A DNA stretch of 64,000 bases, taken from Treponemataceae bacterium. GTDB lineage: Bacteria; Spirochaetota; Spirochaetia; Treponematales; Rectinemataceae. Below are positions 1-8,085 of the stretch, piece by piece. The stretch is taken from contig CAXXGJ010000038.1 of assembly GCA_963677895.2 (NCBI GenBank), forward strand, positions 576,001-640,000, written 5' to 3'. The notes under the pieces were generated by a model. The model was not told the DNA's origin. It saw nothing but the letters and a program-made list of their open reading frames with translations, and ran no database searches. Made by a program: the position numbers and the translations under genes. Within the stretch, counting starts at the first letter, position 1; each line of letters starts with the position of its first letter.

Positions 1-727
1 CGTGGATCGCGGCGTCGGGGCTTTCAAGGCTCACCTGGGCTGTCCTCAAGCCCGCCTTGTAGAGGGACCGGGCGCGCTCGGGGCTCGCCAGCGTACCGTT
101 CGTGATCAAATTGACGCGAAGATGTATTCCGTCGGCATAGGCGATGAGCTCCTCGAGGTCAGCCCTGAGCAGCGGCTCCCCTCCGGTGAAGGAGAAAAAG
201 GGAATTTTGGCCTTTTCCCTGAAAATGTCGATGACGCGCTTGATTTCCCGCGTATCCATCTCTTCCGACGCCATGCCGGAAGGAAAGGCTTGCCCGGATC
301 CGCAGCTCCCGCCGCTTCCGCAGCCCGCGTAGCAGAAAAGGCAGCGATTGTTGCAGCGGTAGGTGACGGCTATCTCGCCCAGGATGGGGAGCCGGGTGAA
401 GTCAAAGCCGTAGGCGACCTGCTCGGTCGTCACCTGGCGGCCATCGCAGATATCTTTGATGTCCGAAAGAAAGCCGGCTATGTCGCGCAGCTTCGCCGCG
501 TCCATTCCCGGCAGCTTCTCGATTTTCTGGCCCGAATCGAGCGCCGCGAGGATCTTCACGCCCGTTTCATTGGTCTTGTAGACCATGTTGGGCGGAAGAA
601 TGACGACGTTGTCCTCCTCGCGCACGAACACGTAATCGCGTACGGATTTCCAGAATCCCGGCACCCAGGAGAGATCTGGTCGGTCGCCTTGGTTCCTTGT
701 GCGCGCGTTCTGATTGCCGCCGATCAA
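1..727 (-). CDS. Radical SAM protein (probable peptide/protein maturase, RRE-like N-terminus), 3' end outside window
   Basis: Manual translation of the minus strand from TTG at 727, which overlaps the upstream TGA and has GGAGG 6 nt upstream: ...EIAVTYRCNNRCLFCYAG...FSFTGGEPLLRADL...LITNGTL...QVSLES. CxxxCxxC lies at 332-355. Open to the window edge, hence absent from the ORF track. Confidence 0.92.
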   Translation of the reverse strand, partial: MIGGNQNARTRNQGDRPDLSWVPGFWKSVRDYVFVREEDNVVILPPNMVYKTNETGVKILAALDSGQKIEKLPGMDAAKLRDIAGFLSDIKDICDGRQVTTEQVAYGFDFTRLPILGEIAVTYRCNNRCLFCYAGCGSGGSCGSGQAFPSGMASEEMDTREIKRVIDIFREKAKIPFFSFTGGEPLLRADLEELIAYADGIHLRVNLITNGTLASPERARSLYKAGLRTAQVSLESPDAAIH

Positions 728-2451
728 TGACCGCCTCCGGATACGCAGGCCGAATGGCAGGCGGAGTGGCACGCCGAATGGCAGGCTGAATGACAAGCCG
801 AATGGCAGGCGTCGTGGCAAGCGTTGTGGCAGGCCGAATAGCAGGCCCCCGCCTGGCCTTCCTTGCCGGGCGTGAAGCAACCTGAGAAGCAGGCCGAGGA
901 GCGCATGAAATCGCTGTAACCCGTCGAGAGCGCCTCGGGAAGTCCCAGCCCCGAGAAGCGCGTGGGATGGGAATGGACATAGCAGTAGCCATGCCAGTAG
1001 TACCAGTAATGGTTCCGGGCGCGCCAGGCAAGCCGGCGCTCTTCGTCCATAAGCGCTTCGCCGCTTTTTCGCTCAGACTCCATCGTCTCGGCCTCGGCCA
1101 GCAGCGCCCGGTAATGAGCCTTCGTCGCTTCCATATCGCAGTCCCAGAGCTTTTCCTGGAGCCCTCGGATCGTCGCCTCGAAGAAGTCCATCATCAGGCC
1201 GGACAGCACCCTGCCCTCTGCGTCGAAGCAGGCGAGGAAACTTTCCTCGATCGCGTCCTTCGCCTCATTCCGGCTCAGGATGGAAATCCTCAAGGGATTT
1301 TCCTCCGCGATCTCGATGATTCCCTGACTGCGCAGCCCTTCCAGCATGAGGGCGACGACCCTGGCGAGGGGGAACTCGAAGAGAAGCGCCACTTCGGCGG
1401 GATGCAAATCCTCGGCCACCTTGCCCGGAACCTGGTAGGTTCCGGTGAACAGCTTGGGCGGCACCCAGGAATCGCCGGCCCAGGCGATTCCCTTCACGAG
1501 CGCGGCGCGCTTTCCGTAGCGGCGAAGGTTCAGCATGTAAAGGTAAAGCGCCAGCGCGATGAGCGCCGCGAAGGCCGGAACCGCGACGAGGGGATTCGCC
1601 AGCAGCCTGAGGCCGCGCAGGCTTTCTCCGTCACCGCCCGATCCTTCGGCGGCGCCCGGCCGCGCCATTGCCCCAGGTTGCCCAACGGCCCCAGGTTGCC
1701 CCGTAGCCCCCGCCTGCCCGGCCGCCTCATCGAAGACCGCCGACATGGGCAGATAGCCTTCGGGGAAATACAGCCGCAGGCGCTGGGTTTGCCGCGCCGC
1801 AAGCTTTTCCTGGAAAAACCTCAGCGTCAGGTAATACGAGCCGTCGTCGCCCTTCGATCCGTAGTAATCGATCTTGTTCTCGGCATTCACCGATTTTTCG
1901 GTTTTGAGAGGAACGCCTGAGCGCTCGGTTTCGGTGAGCGACTCGCCGCCTACCTTCATGGGGAGCACGAGCCTCACCGTCCGCGACGCCATGCCCGTAT
2001 CCCACTCGACAGGAGCCCAGTCGAAGTAGAAAAGATCCCCGAACTCCTGGCTGGTTGTCCTGCCGATGAGGCCGGCGCGGGCGAAATCCCCCGCATAGTG
2101 CAGGAAGTAGTAGGCGCTGCCGGAAAAGCCCTTGCCGCCCGCGAGGATGACATCGAATTTTCCCGAACCCATGGGCTTGATGGAAAGTGGCTGGCGGAGA
2201 CCGCCGGGGATATCGGCGTAGCAGCCGTTCATGTCCCAGACGGGCTCGAAGGTCTCGCCCTGGAAATAGAAACCGTGCATCTGGCCGCCCGAGGCTTCCC
2301 ATTTGAGGCTGTAGTACAGATCCGCTTTGCCGTCGGTCCGCAAAACCACCGTGATGTCGGCCGAATCCAGCGATGTCGAAAGAGCGGAAAGGCCGCCCAC
2401 GAGAGCGAAAAGCGCGATGGCGAGCATCGCCCCGAAACGCGTTCGTTTCAT
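724..2451 (-). CDS. DUF2207-like membrane protein with C-terminal Cys/His-rich (ACHS)n tail
   Basis: 575 aa: signal peptide, ITVVLRTDGKA start of an extracytoplasmic domain, one TM helix, LHPAEVALL motif, and tail ACYSACHNACHD(ACHS)5ACVSGGGH. Confidence 0.8.
   Translation of the reverse strand: MKRTRFGAMLAIALFALVGGLSALSTSLDSADITVVLRTDGKADLYYSLKWEASGGQMHGFYFQGETFEPVWDMNGCYADIPGGLRQPLSIKPMGSGKFDVILAGGKGFSGSAYYFLHYAGDFARAGLIGRTTSQEFGDLFYFDWAPVEWDTGMASRTVRLVLPMKVGGESLTETERSGVPLKTEKSVNAENKIDYYGSKGDDGSYYLTLRFFQEKLAARQTQRLRLYFPEGYLPMSAVFDEAAGQAGATGQPGAVGQPGAMARPGAAEGSGGDGESLRGLRLLANPLVAVPAFAALIALALYLYMLNLRRYGKRAALVKGIAWAGDSWVPPKLFTGTYQVPGKVAEDLHPAEVALLFEFPLARVVALMLEGLRSQGIIEIAEENPLRISILSRNEAKDAIEESFLACFDAEGRVLSGLMMDFFEATIRGLQEKLWDCDMEATKAHYRALLAEAETMESERKSGEALMDEERRLAWRARNHYWYYWHGYCYVHSHPTRFSGLGLPEALSTGYSDFMRSSACFSGCFTPGKEGQAGACYSACHNACHDACHSACHSACHSACHSACHSACVSGGGH
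739..846 (-). repeat. Nine in-frame 12-nt units encoding A-C-x-x repeats
   Basis: 108 nt = 9 x 4 codons; synonymous codons differ between units. Confidence 0.95.
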
Positions 2452-3068
2452 TCAATCTCCTCCCTGACCGACATGCGGCCGGACGCGGGCAAGCCGCCGT
2501 CTATCTGTATCCGCCGCTCCCGCAGAAGCCCCGCTTTTTCGCGCAGCGCCGCGGCGACGCGGCTTTCCGCGTCCGCGAAGGGGTCCGCGTCCTCCAGGCC
2601 GAAGCGTTTCTCGGTAGCGGCTTCGTCCTTTTCCTTCTGAAAAATGTCGACGATATCGAGCGCCTCGTCCAGCGCGGCGTCGGCTAGTGGATCGTCCTTG
2701 CCTTCCCGCCCGCAGGCATCCAGATACTCGCCCGCGGCCAGCGCGACGAGGCGGACGGCATCGGCCGCTGGCCCCTCGGCGATCCTGATCCGCGCCAATT
2801 TCTCCCTCGAGGCGGCGGCATGGCTCAGCTTCTTCGCCCTATCGCGCCCGAGCGCCGCGTCCCTGGCGGCGATGGCTGATTTAGGTCCAGCCCCGACTAA
2901 AAGAAAAATTAACCCGGCCGAAATTACGATGGCCGATCCTATCAAGAGCGCGAAGCCCGCCGGAAATCCGCCGGCGAGGCCCGCGAGCGCTGCGGCCAGT
3001 CCCGCGAAGCCGCTGCCGATCCCCAGCGGAGAGCGCGCGTACCATTTCAGATAATCCTTGGGAAGCAT
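2448..3068 (-). CDS. Hypothetical membrane protein (two N-terminal TM segments + helical domain)
   Basis: 206-aa ORF; ATGA overlap with the downstream gene at 2448-2451. Confidence 0.75.
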   Translation of the reverse strand: MLPKDYLKWYARSPLGIGSGFAGLAAALAGLAGGFPAGFALLIGSAIVISAGLIFLLVGAGPKSAIAARDAALGRDRAKKLSHAAASREKLARIRIAEGPAADAVRLVALAAGEYLDACGREGKDDPLADAALDEALDIVDIFQKEKDEAATEKRFGLEDADPFADAESRVAAALREKAGLLRERRIQIDGGLPASGRMSVREEIE

Positions 3069-3074
3069 GTTAAG

Positions 3075-3103
3075 ACTCTACTATTACGGCCCCCCTCGTG
3101 CAA
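3075..3103 (-). promoter_or_regulatory. Sigma70-like promoter, probably leaderless
   Basis: TTGCAC-17 nt-TAGAGT, ending 6 nt before the ATG at 3068; no Shine-Dalgarno sequence. Confidence 0.5.
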
Positions 3104-3177
3104 GGAGCCCGCCATGCCGCTTTCGATTGCCCCGCTGCGGGAAACGGCGCTCCAGAAAGTCCGGCGCGGCGAAAAAC

Positions 3178-3206
3178 TTGACAATCGCCTCCGGCTCCTC
3201 TAGGGT
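3178..3206 (+). promoter_or_regulatory. Sigma70-like promoter
   Basis: TTGACA-17 nt-TAGGGT upstream of the 3235 ORF. Confidence 0.4.
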
Positions 3207-3234
3207 TGTATCGTACGAGTGAAGGGAGGCTACC

Positions 3235-3867
3235 ATGAAAAGTATCCGGACTAGTTTCTCCAGGCTCAGGCGCGGCGCCTTCCTGTCGGGCGCGGCGCTC
3301 GCCCTCGCCATGATCGCCGCGTCCTGCGCGACCACGCAGCCTGTCGTCTACAAACTGGACATCATTCCCGAGGCGAAGGCCAGGACCGAAATCGTGATGC
3401 CTCTTCTCACGACGTTGCGCGATTTCGGCAACAACATGGCGGCCCTCATGCTCACCGATTATCGCTTCGCGGAAATGAAGGAAACCGGCGGGGGCGCGTA
3501 TCTCTATCGTTTCGATAGAACGAACCAGAAACTTCCGCGCCACGCCTACATCGTATTCCGCCTCGAGGGGAGTCCGGCCATAACGACCAACCTCGGCGAA
3601 AAGAACTACATTCTCCTGGACGGCGGCTCCATAGGTCTCGTGCCCGCCGACGAACCGGCCGTCGTCGCCAACGGGAAATTCACTCTGCAGTTCACGAAGA
3701 GCGACTTCCGCGAGGCCTTCAATCCCTGGGTCATCGGCGAAAAAGGCAGCTACCCCGAACAGCTTCTCCTCTGGCTCAAGAACCCTGCCAGCAAGGAGGC
3801 GGACATGAAAAACCTGGCCTCGCTGCTGACGAGCGCCTTTCCGAGGATAGTCTACAAGATGAATTGA
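3235..3867 (+). CDS. Hypothetical lipoprotein
   Basis: GGAGG RBS; basic N-terminus, hydrophobic stretch and IAAS-C lipobox. Confidence 0.7.
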   Translation: MKSIRTSFSRLRRGAFLSGAALALAMIAASCATTQPVVYKLDIIPEAKARTEIVMPLLTTLRDFGNNMAALMLTDYRFAEMKETGGGAYLYRFDRTNQKLPRHAYIVFRLEGSPAITTNLGEKNYILLDGGSIGLVPADEPAVVANGKFTLQFTKSDFREAFNPWVIGEKGSYPEQLLLWLKNPASKEADMKNLASLLTSAFPRIVYKMN

Positions 3868-3873
3868 GTGGGG

Positions 3874-4341
3874 CTATTTCTGCCTGCGTTTGGCCGACAT
3901 TCGAGAGAGCCAGTCGGGAAATTCCTTCTCGACGAATTCGAAGATGTCGTGCGCTTCCTCGATCCGCACCTTCAGGGCTGGATCTGAGCCCTTTTTGAGC
4001 GCGAGCCCCCGGTCGGCAATCTCGTGGAGGCCGGCGAGGATCTCCATGCGGGAACGCATGAAGGTGAGCCAGCCGCCCGACTTGAAGCGAAAGTAGTCCC
4101 TGCGGGGCACGGGCGAGTGCGCCGGTTCGAGTATGCCTTCGGCGACGAGATGCTTGGCCGCGACGGAGACGGCGCTTTTCGAGGCTCCCAGCGTGTCGCA
4201 TATATCATTGAGAGAAAGGCTGATCTCATCGGAAATGAGTATGGTGCCCAGGACGCGGCCGTTCATCCGCGGCATTCCCAACTGCTCGAAGAAGAGTCCC
4301 AGATCTTCTATGAAATGCATCTCTTCTATGTTATGGATCAC
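3874..4341 (-). CDS. GbsR/MarR-family transcriptional regulator
   Basis: GLFFEQLGMPRMNGRVLG...LGASKSAVS...RRDYF pattern. Confidence 0.85.
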   Translation of the reverse strand: MIHNIEEMHFIEDLGLFFEQLGMPRMNGRVLGTILISDEISLSLNDICDTLGASKSAVSVAAKHLVAEGILEPAHSPVPRRDYFRFKSGGWLTFMRSRMEILAGLHEIADRGLALKKGSDPALKVRIEEAHDIFEFVEKEFPDWLSRMSAKRRQK

Positions 4342-4362
4342 GAATGCCCTCCGGATGGTTCG

Positions 4363-4391
4363 AGTATAGAGACCGGCCGGCCGGCTGTCAA
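4363..4391 (-). promoter_or_regulatory. Sigma70 promoter of the regulator gene
   Basis: TTGACA-17 nt-TATACT on the minus strand. Confidence 0.65.
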
Positions 4392-4422
4392 CGAAGACTA
4401 TTTGTAGTACCTTAACTTTCTC

Positions 4423-4446
4423 AACTTTCTGTATTTACAAAAAGTT
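4423..4446. promoter_or_regulatory. Inverted repeat, candidate operator
   Basis: AACTTTcTGTA-tt-TACAaAAAGTT between the divergent regulator and ATPase genes. Confidence 0.5.
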
Positions 4447-4509
4447 TATATCGTTCTATGATTGCTTCTTTACGCCGGACGCCATTCGCGCGAGCGGAGA
4501 GGAGCATGC

Positions 4510-7077
4510 ATGAACGATGATTTCCAGCCCGAATCCCTGCAGGGGCTTTCCGATCAGGAAGTGATGGAGCGCCTTGCCCGCGACGGCTACAACGAACTGC
4601 CCTCGTCCAAGAAACGCTCGATTTTCCTCATACTATGGAGCGTGGTCAGGGAACCTATGTTCATCCTCCTCATCGCTTGCGGCGCGCTTTATCTCCTCCT
4701 CGGCGACCGCGACGAAGCCCTGATGCTCATGGGCTTTGTCGTCGTGGTGATCGGCATAACCCTCTACCAAGAAAACAAGACCGAAAAAGCCCTCGACGCC
4801 CTCCGCGACCTCTCGAGCCCGCGAGCCCTCGTCATCCGCAATGGGCAACAGATACGCATCGCGGGACGCGATGTCGTGGCCGACGACATCGTCCTCCTGG
4901 CCGAAGGCGACAGGGTGCCCGCCGATGCCGTCGTCCTTCGGTCCACCAACCTCTCTGCTGATGAATCGCTGCTGACGGGCGAATCGGTGCCCGTGCGCAA
5001 AAGCGGCTGGAACGGCGTGGAAGCCATCGGCAGGCCCGGCGGCGACGACCAGCCTTTCGTCTACTCGGGTTCCATGATAGTTCAGGGACAGGGCATAGCG
5101 CGCGTGCTCGGCACCGGCCTCAACACGGAAATCGGCAAGATCGGCAAGGCGCTCCAGACTCTCGAGGAGGGCGAAGGCCACGAAGGCGATCTCCAGCATC
5201 AGACCGCCACCATCGTCAAGACCTTCTCTCTCGTCGGCGTGAGCCTCTGCCTCCTCGTCGTCGTCATCTTCGGGCTCACGAGAGGGGACTGGCTCCGAGG
5301 CATCCTCGCGGGCATTTCCCTGGCCATGGCCACCCTGCCCGAGGAATTCCCCGTCGTCATGACTATTTTCCTGGCGCTCGGCGCCTGGCGCATATCCAAA
5401 CGCAACGTCCTCGCGCGCAAGACCCACGCGATCGAAACCCTCGGATCGGCCACCGTCCTCTGCACCGACAAGACCGGCACGCTCACCCTAAACAAAATGA
5501 CCGTCGCCCGGCTCTGCTCCCGAGGCCGCGTATGCGAAGTGTCGGGCAAGGCCGCCTCGCTGCCCGACGAGTTCCACGAAATCGTGGAATATTCCATTCT
5601 GGCGAGCCCCGCCGATCCTTTCGAACCCATGGAAAAGGCGATGAGGGAGTTGGGAGCCCGCACGCTGCACAATACGGAGCATCTGCACGAAGACTGGTCC
5701 CTCGTGCGCGAATACCCTCTGTCAGCGGAGCTTCTCGCCATGAGCAGGGTCTGGGAATCCAAGGACGGCCTAAACTACATCATCGCGGCCAAGGGAGCGC
5801 CCGAGGCGATAGCCGACCTCTGCCACATGAAGGCGGAGGAACGAAAATCTCTCGACATCGACATCGACGGAATGGCGGACGACGGCCTCAGGGTCATCGG
5901 CGTCGCCTGCGCCTCCTTCTCGAAGACGAATCTGCCTGAAATCCAGCACGATTTCGATTTCCGCTTCCTGGGTCTCCTGGGGCTTTTGGATCCGGTACGC
6001 CCTATGGTCCCGGCCGCCGTCGCCGAATGCAAGACGGCGGGCATCCGCGTCATCATGATAACAGGCGACTATTCAGGCACCGCGAAAAACATAGCCAGGA
6101 CCATAGGCCTCTCGAATCCCGACAAAGTCATAACCGGTCCCGAAATGGACGGGATGAGCGACGCCGACCTCGCCATGCGCATCGGCGAAGTGAGCATATT
6201 CGCCCGCGCCGTGCCCGAACAGAAGCTCAGGATCGTCCAGGCGCTCAAGAGCAACGGCGAGGTGGTGGCCATGACGGGCGACGGCGTCAACGATTCGCCC
6301 GCCCTCAAGGCCGCCGACATCGGCATCGCCATGGGCGGCAGGGGCACCGACGTCGCCCGGGAATCGGCCGGCCTCGTCCTTCTCGACGACGATTTCTCCT
6401 CCATCGTGGCCGCCATCAGGCTGGGAAGAAGAATTTACGACAACCTGCAGAAGGCCATGACCTTCATTTTTTCCGTCCACCTGCCCATCGCCGGGATGTC
6501 CCTCCTCCCCGTCCTTTTCGGCTGGCCTCTGGCGCTCCTCCCGGTCCATATCATGTTCCTGGAGCTCATCATCGATCCGGCCTGTTCCATCGTCTTCGAA
6601 ATGGAGGAGGAAGAGGACGACATCATGAAGCGCAGGCCGCGCAGCAAGAAGGAAAAACTCTTCGGGCCGAGGATGATATTTACCGGTCTCTGCCAGGGGC
6701 TCGTCGTGTTCGCCATCGTGGCGGGCATCTACGCCTGGGGTTTGGGACAAGGTTTCGGCGAAGGCGAGGCCCGCGCCATTTCCTTCGTCACGCTCGTCTT
6801 CGGCAACATCGGCATGATTTTCGCCAACCGCTCATGGTCGCGAAGCATCTTCCAGAGCCTGAAAGTGCCCAACAAGGCGCTGTGGTGGGTATGCCTGGCG
6901 GCCGTGACTTTCCTCGGCATCGCCATCTTCGTGCCTGCGGTCAACGAGAAGATATTCAGCTTCTCGCCGCTTCATCCCTGGGAGATAGCCTTCTGCGCGG
7001 TGACGAGCCTGGTGGCGATCCTTGCGAACGAAATAGCGAAGCTGCCCGTCTTTACGAGGCTATTCGAGAAGACATGA
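4510..7077 (+). CDS. Cation-translocating P-type ATPase (type II-like)
   Basis: TGES, PEE, DKTGTLT, KGAPE, TGDGVND motifs; start moved to ATG 4510 after GGAG. Confidence 0.95.
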   Translation: MNDDFQPESLQGLSDQEVMERLARDGYNELPSSKKRSIFLILWSVVREPMFILLIACGALYLLLGDRDEALMLMGFVVVVIGITLYQENKTEKALDALRDLSSPRALVIRNGQQIRIAGRDVVADDIVLLAEGDRVPADAVVLRSTNLSADESLLTGESVPVRKSGWNGVEAIGRPGGDDQPFVYSGSMIVQGQGIARVLGTGLNTEIGKIGKALQTLEEGEGHEGDLQHQTATIVKTFSLVGVSLCLLVVVIFGLTRGDWLRGILAGISLAMATLPEEFPVVMTIFLALGAWRISKRNVLARKTHAIETLGSATVLCTDKTGTLTLNKMTVARLCSRGRVCEVSGKAASLPDEFHEIVEYSILASPADPFEPMEKAMRELGARTLHNTEHLHEDWSLVREYPLSAELLAMSRVWESKDGLNYIIAAKGAPEAIADLCHMKAEERKSLDIDIDGMADDGLRVIGVACASFSKTNLPEIQHDFDFRFLGLLGLLDPVRPMVPAAVAECKTAGIRVIMITGDYSGTAKNIARTIGLSNPDKVITGPEMDGMSDADLAMRIGEVSIFARAVPEQKLRIVQALKSNGEVVAMTGDGVNDSPALKAADIGIAMGGRGTDVARESAGLVLLDDDFSSIVAAIRLGRRIYDNLQKAMTFIFSVHLPIAGMSLLPVLFGWPLALLPVHIMFLELIIDPACSIVFEMEEEEDDIMKRRPRSKKEKLFGPRMIFTGLCQGLVVFAIVAGIYAWGLGQGFGEGEARAISFVTLVFGNIGMIFANRSWSRSIFQSLKVPNKALWWVCLAAVTFLGIAIFVPAVNEKIFSFSPLHPWEIAFCAVTSLVAILANEIAKLPVFTRLFEKT

Positions 7078-7298
7078 AAAACGCCTAAACCATGTTTCAC
7101 CGATTAAAATAATGCGCGAAAAGCATTGCGTCAAAGCGCATAAACGTTAGGCGATATCGTAATTATCGCGATCATTTTCCTCTCGGAACGCATATAAATC
7201 CACAATTCTTCTGATAGAAACAATTTCAACCTGTAACAAGAATTAACTATGTTTCACAAAATTCTGGTGTACATATTCGAATTAGCGAGCAAGCCGCC

Positions 7299-7326
7299 TT
7301 GACAACCCACTAACCTGTTATAGAAT
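7299..7326 (+). promoter_or_regulatory. Sigma70-like promoter in an AT-rich intergenic region
   Basis: TTGACA-16 nt-TAGAAT. Confidence 0.5.
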
Positions 7327-7422
7327 GTGGCCATCTCGATCGACTGACTGAAATCAGCCAACGCAATTAATCATCTATAAAATTCATATATAGAGAATTA
7401 TTGAGAAAAAGGAGATACACAA

Positions 7423-8025
7423 ATGCGTAAAGGAACGACTCTGCTCTTGGCGCTCGCGGCACTGTTTGTCATGACGCCGGGATTCGTCTTCGCCGCCAGT
7501 TCGGGAGATCCCATCAAGCAATACGGGCTTCCGATGCTCATCACCAACGCGGGTCAGGGACCTGGAGGAAAGATGGCGCGGCTCCTCGTGTCGCAGACCA
7601 AGATCATCGTGCTGGATCAGGATTTCTGGTACAAATCGGAGCCGGTCGAGACGGACATCAAGGAAAGGCCCTACAAGGCGCTGATGGTCATCATCGGTTC
7701 CTCCGACAAGGGCTTGGGCGCGTCGGGCATCACCATCGACCAGGAAATAGCCAGGCTCCAGAAAATGGTGAAGACGGCCAAGGACGGCAAGCTGCCGATC
7801 ATCGCCGTGCTGCTCGAGAAGGACAAGCGTTCCACCATCGCCACGAACCCCAACGAGCGCTGCATCGACACCATCTGCCCGAGCGCGGACTGGATGATCG
7901 TCATCAAGGGCGGCAACACCGACCAGCGTTTCGACAAGCTCAAGGCGAAATACAAGATTCCGCTCACCGTCATAGACAACGCCATCGACTTCACCGAGCT
8001 GTGCAAGAAAATATTCATCAAATAG
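7423..8025 (+). CDS. Exported DUF6305-like protein
   Basis: Signal peptide; LITNAGQGPGG and IIGSSDKGLGASGI motifs. Confidence 0.7.
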   Translation: MRKGTTLLLALAALFVMTPGFVFAASSGDPIKQYGLPMLITNAGQGPGGKMARLLVSQTKIIVLDQDFWYKSEPVETDIKERPYKALMVIIGSSDKGLGASGITIDQEIARLQKMVKTAKDGKLPIIAVLLEKDKRSTIATNPNERCIDTICPSADWMIVIKGGNTDQRFDKLKAKYKIPLTVIDNAIDFTELCKKIFIK

Positions 8026-8085
8026 AAGAAATGGGCGCGGGCGTTGCCTGAACGCCGCGCCCGTCACTAAGCGTAAGGGGTATGT

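Noticed and set aside
2..730. 242-aa plus-strand ORF in the track
   Set aside because: It is the antisense shadow of the minus-strand radical SAM gene and has no recognisable motifs.
739..846. Multiheme cytochrome c interpretation of the CH repeats
   Set aside because: Spacing is CX3CH and overlapping rather than CXXCH, and the tail follows the single TM so is predicted cytoplasmic, away from heme-attachment machinery.
7078..7422. AT-rich 345-nt intergenic region as a possible sRNA or mobile remnant
   Set aside because: Only a promoter and short repeated motifs (ATGTTTCAC x2, AACCTGT x2) are visible, which is insufficient for a call.
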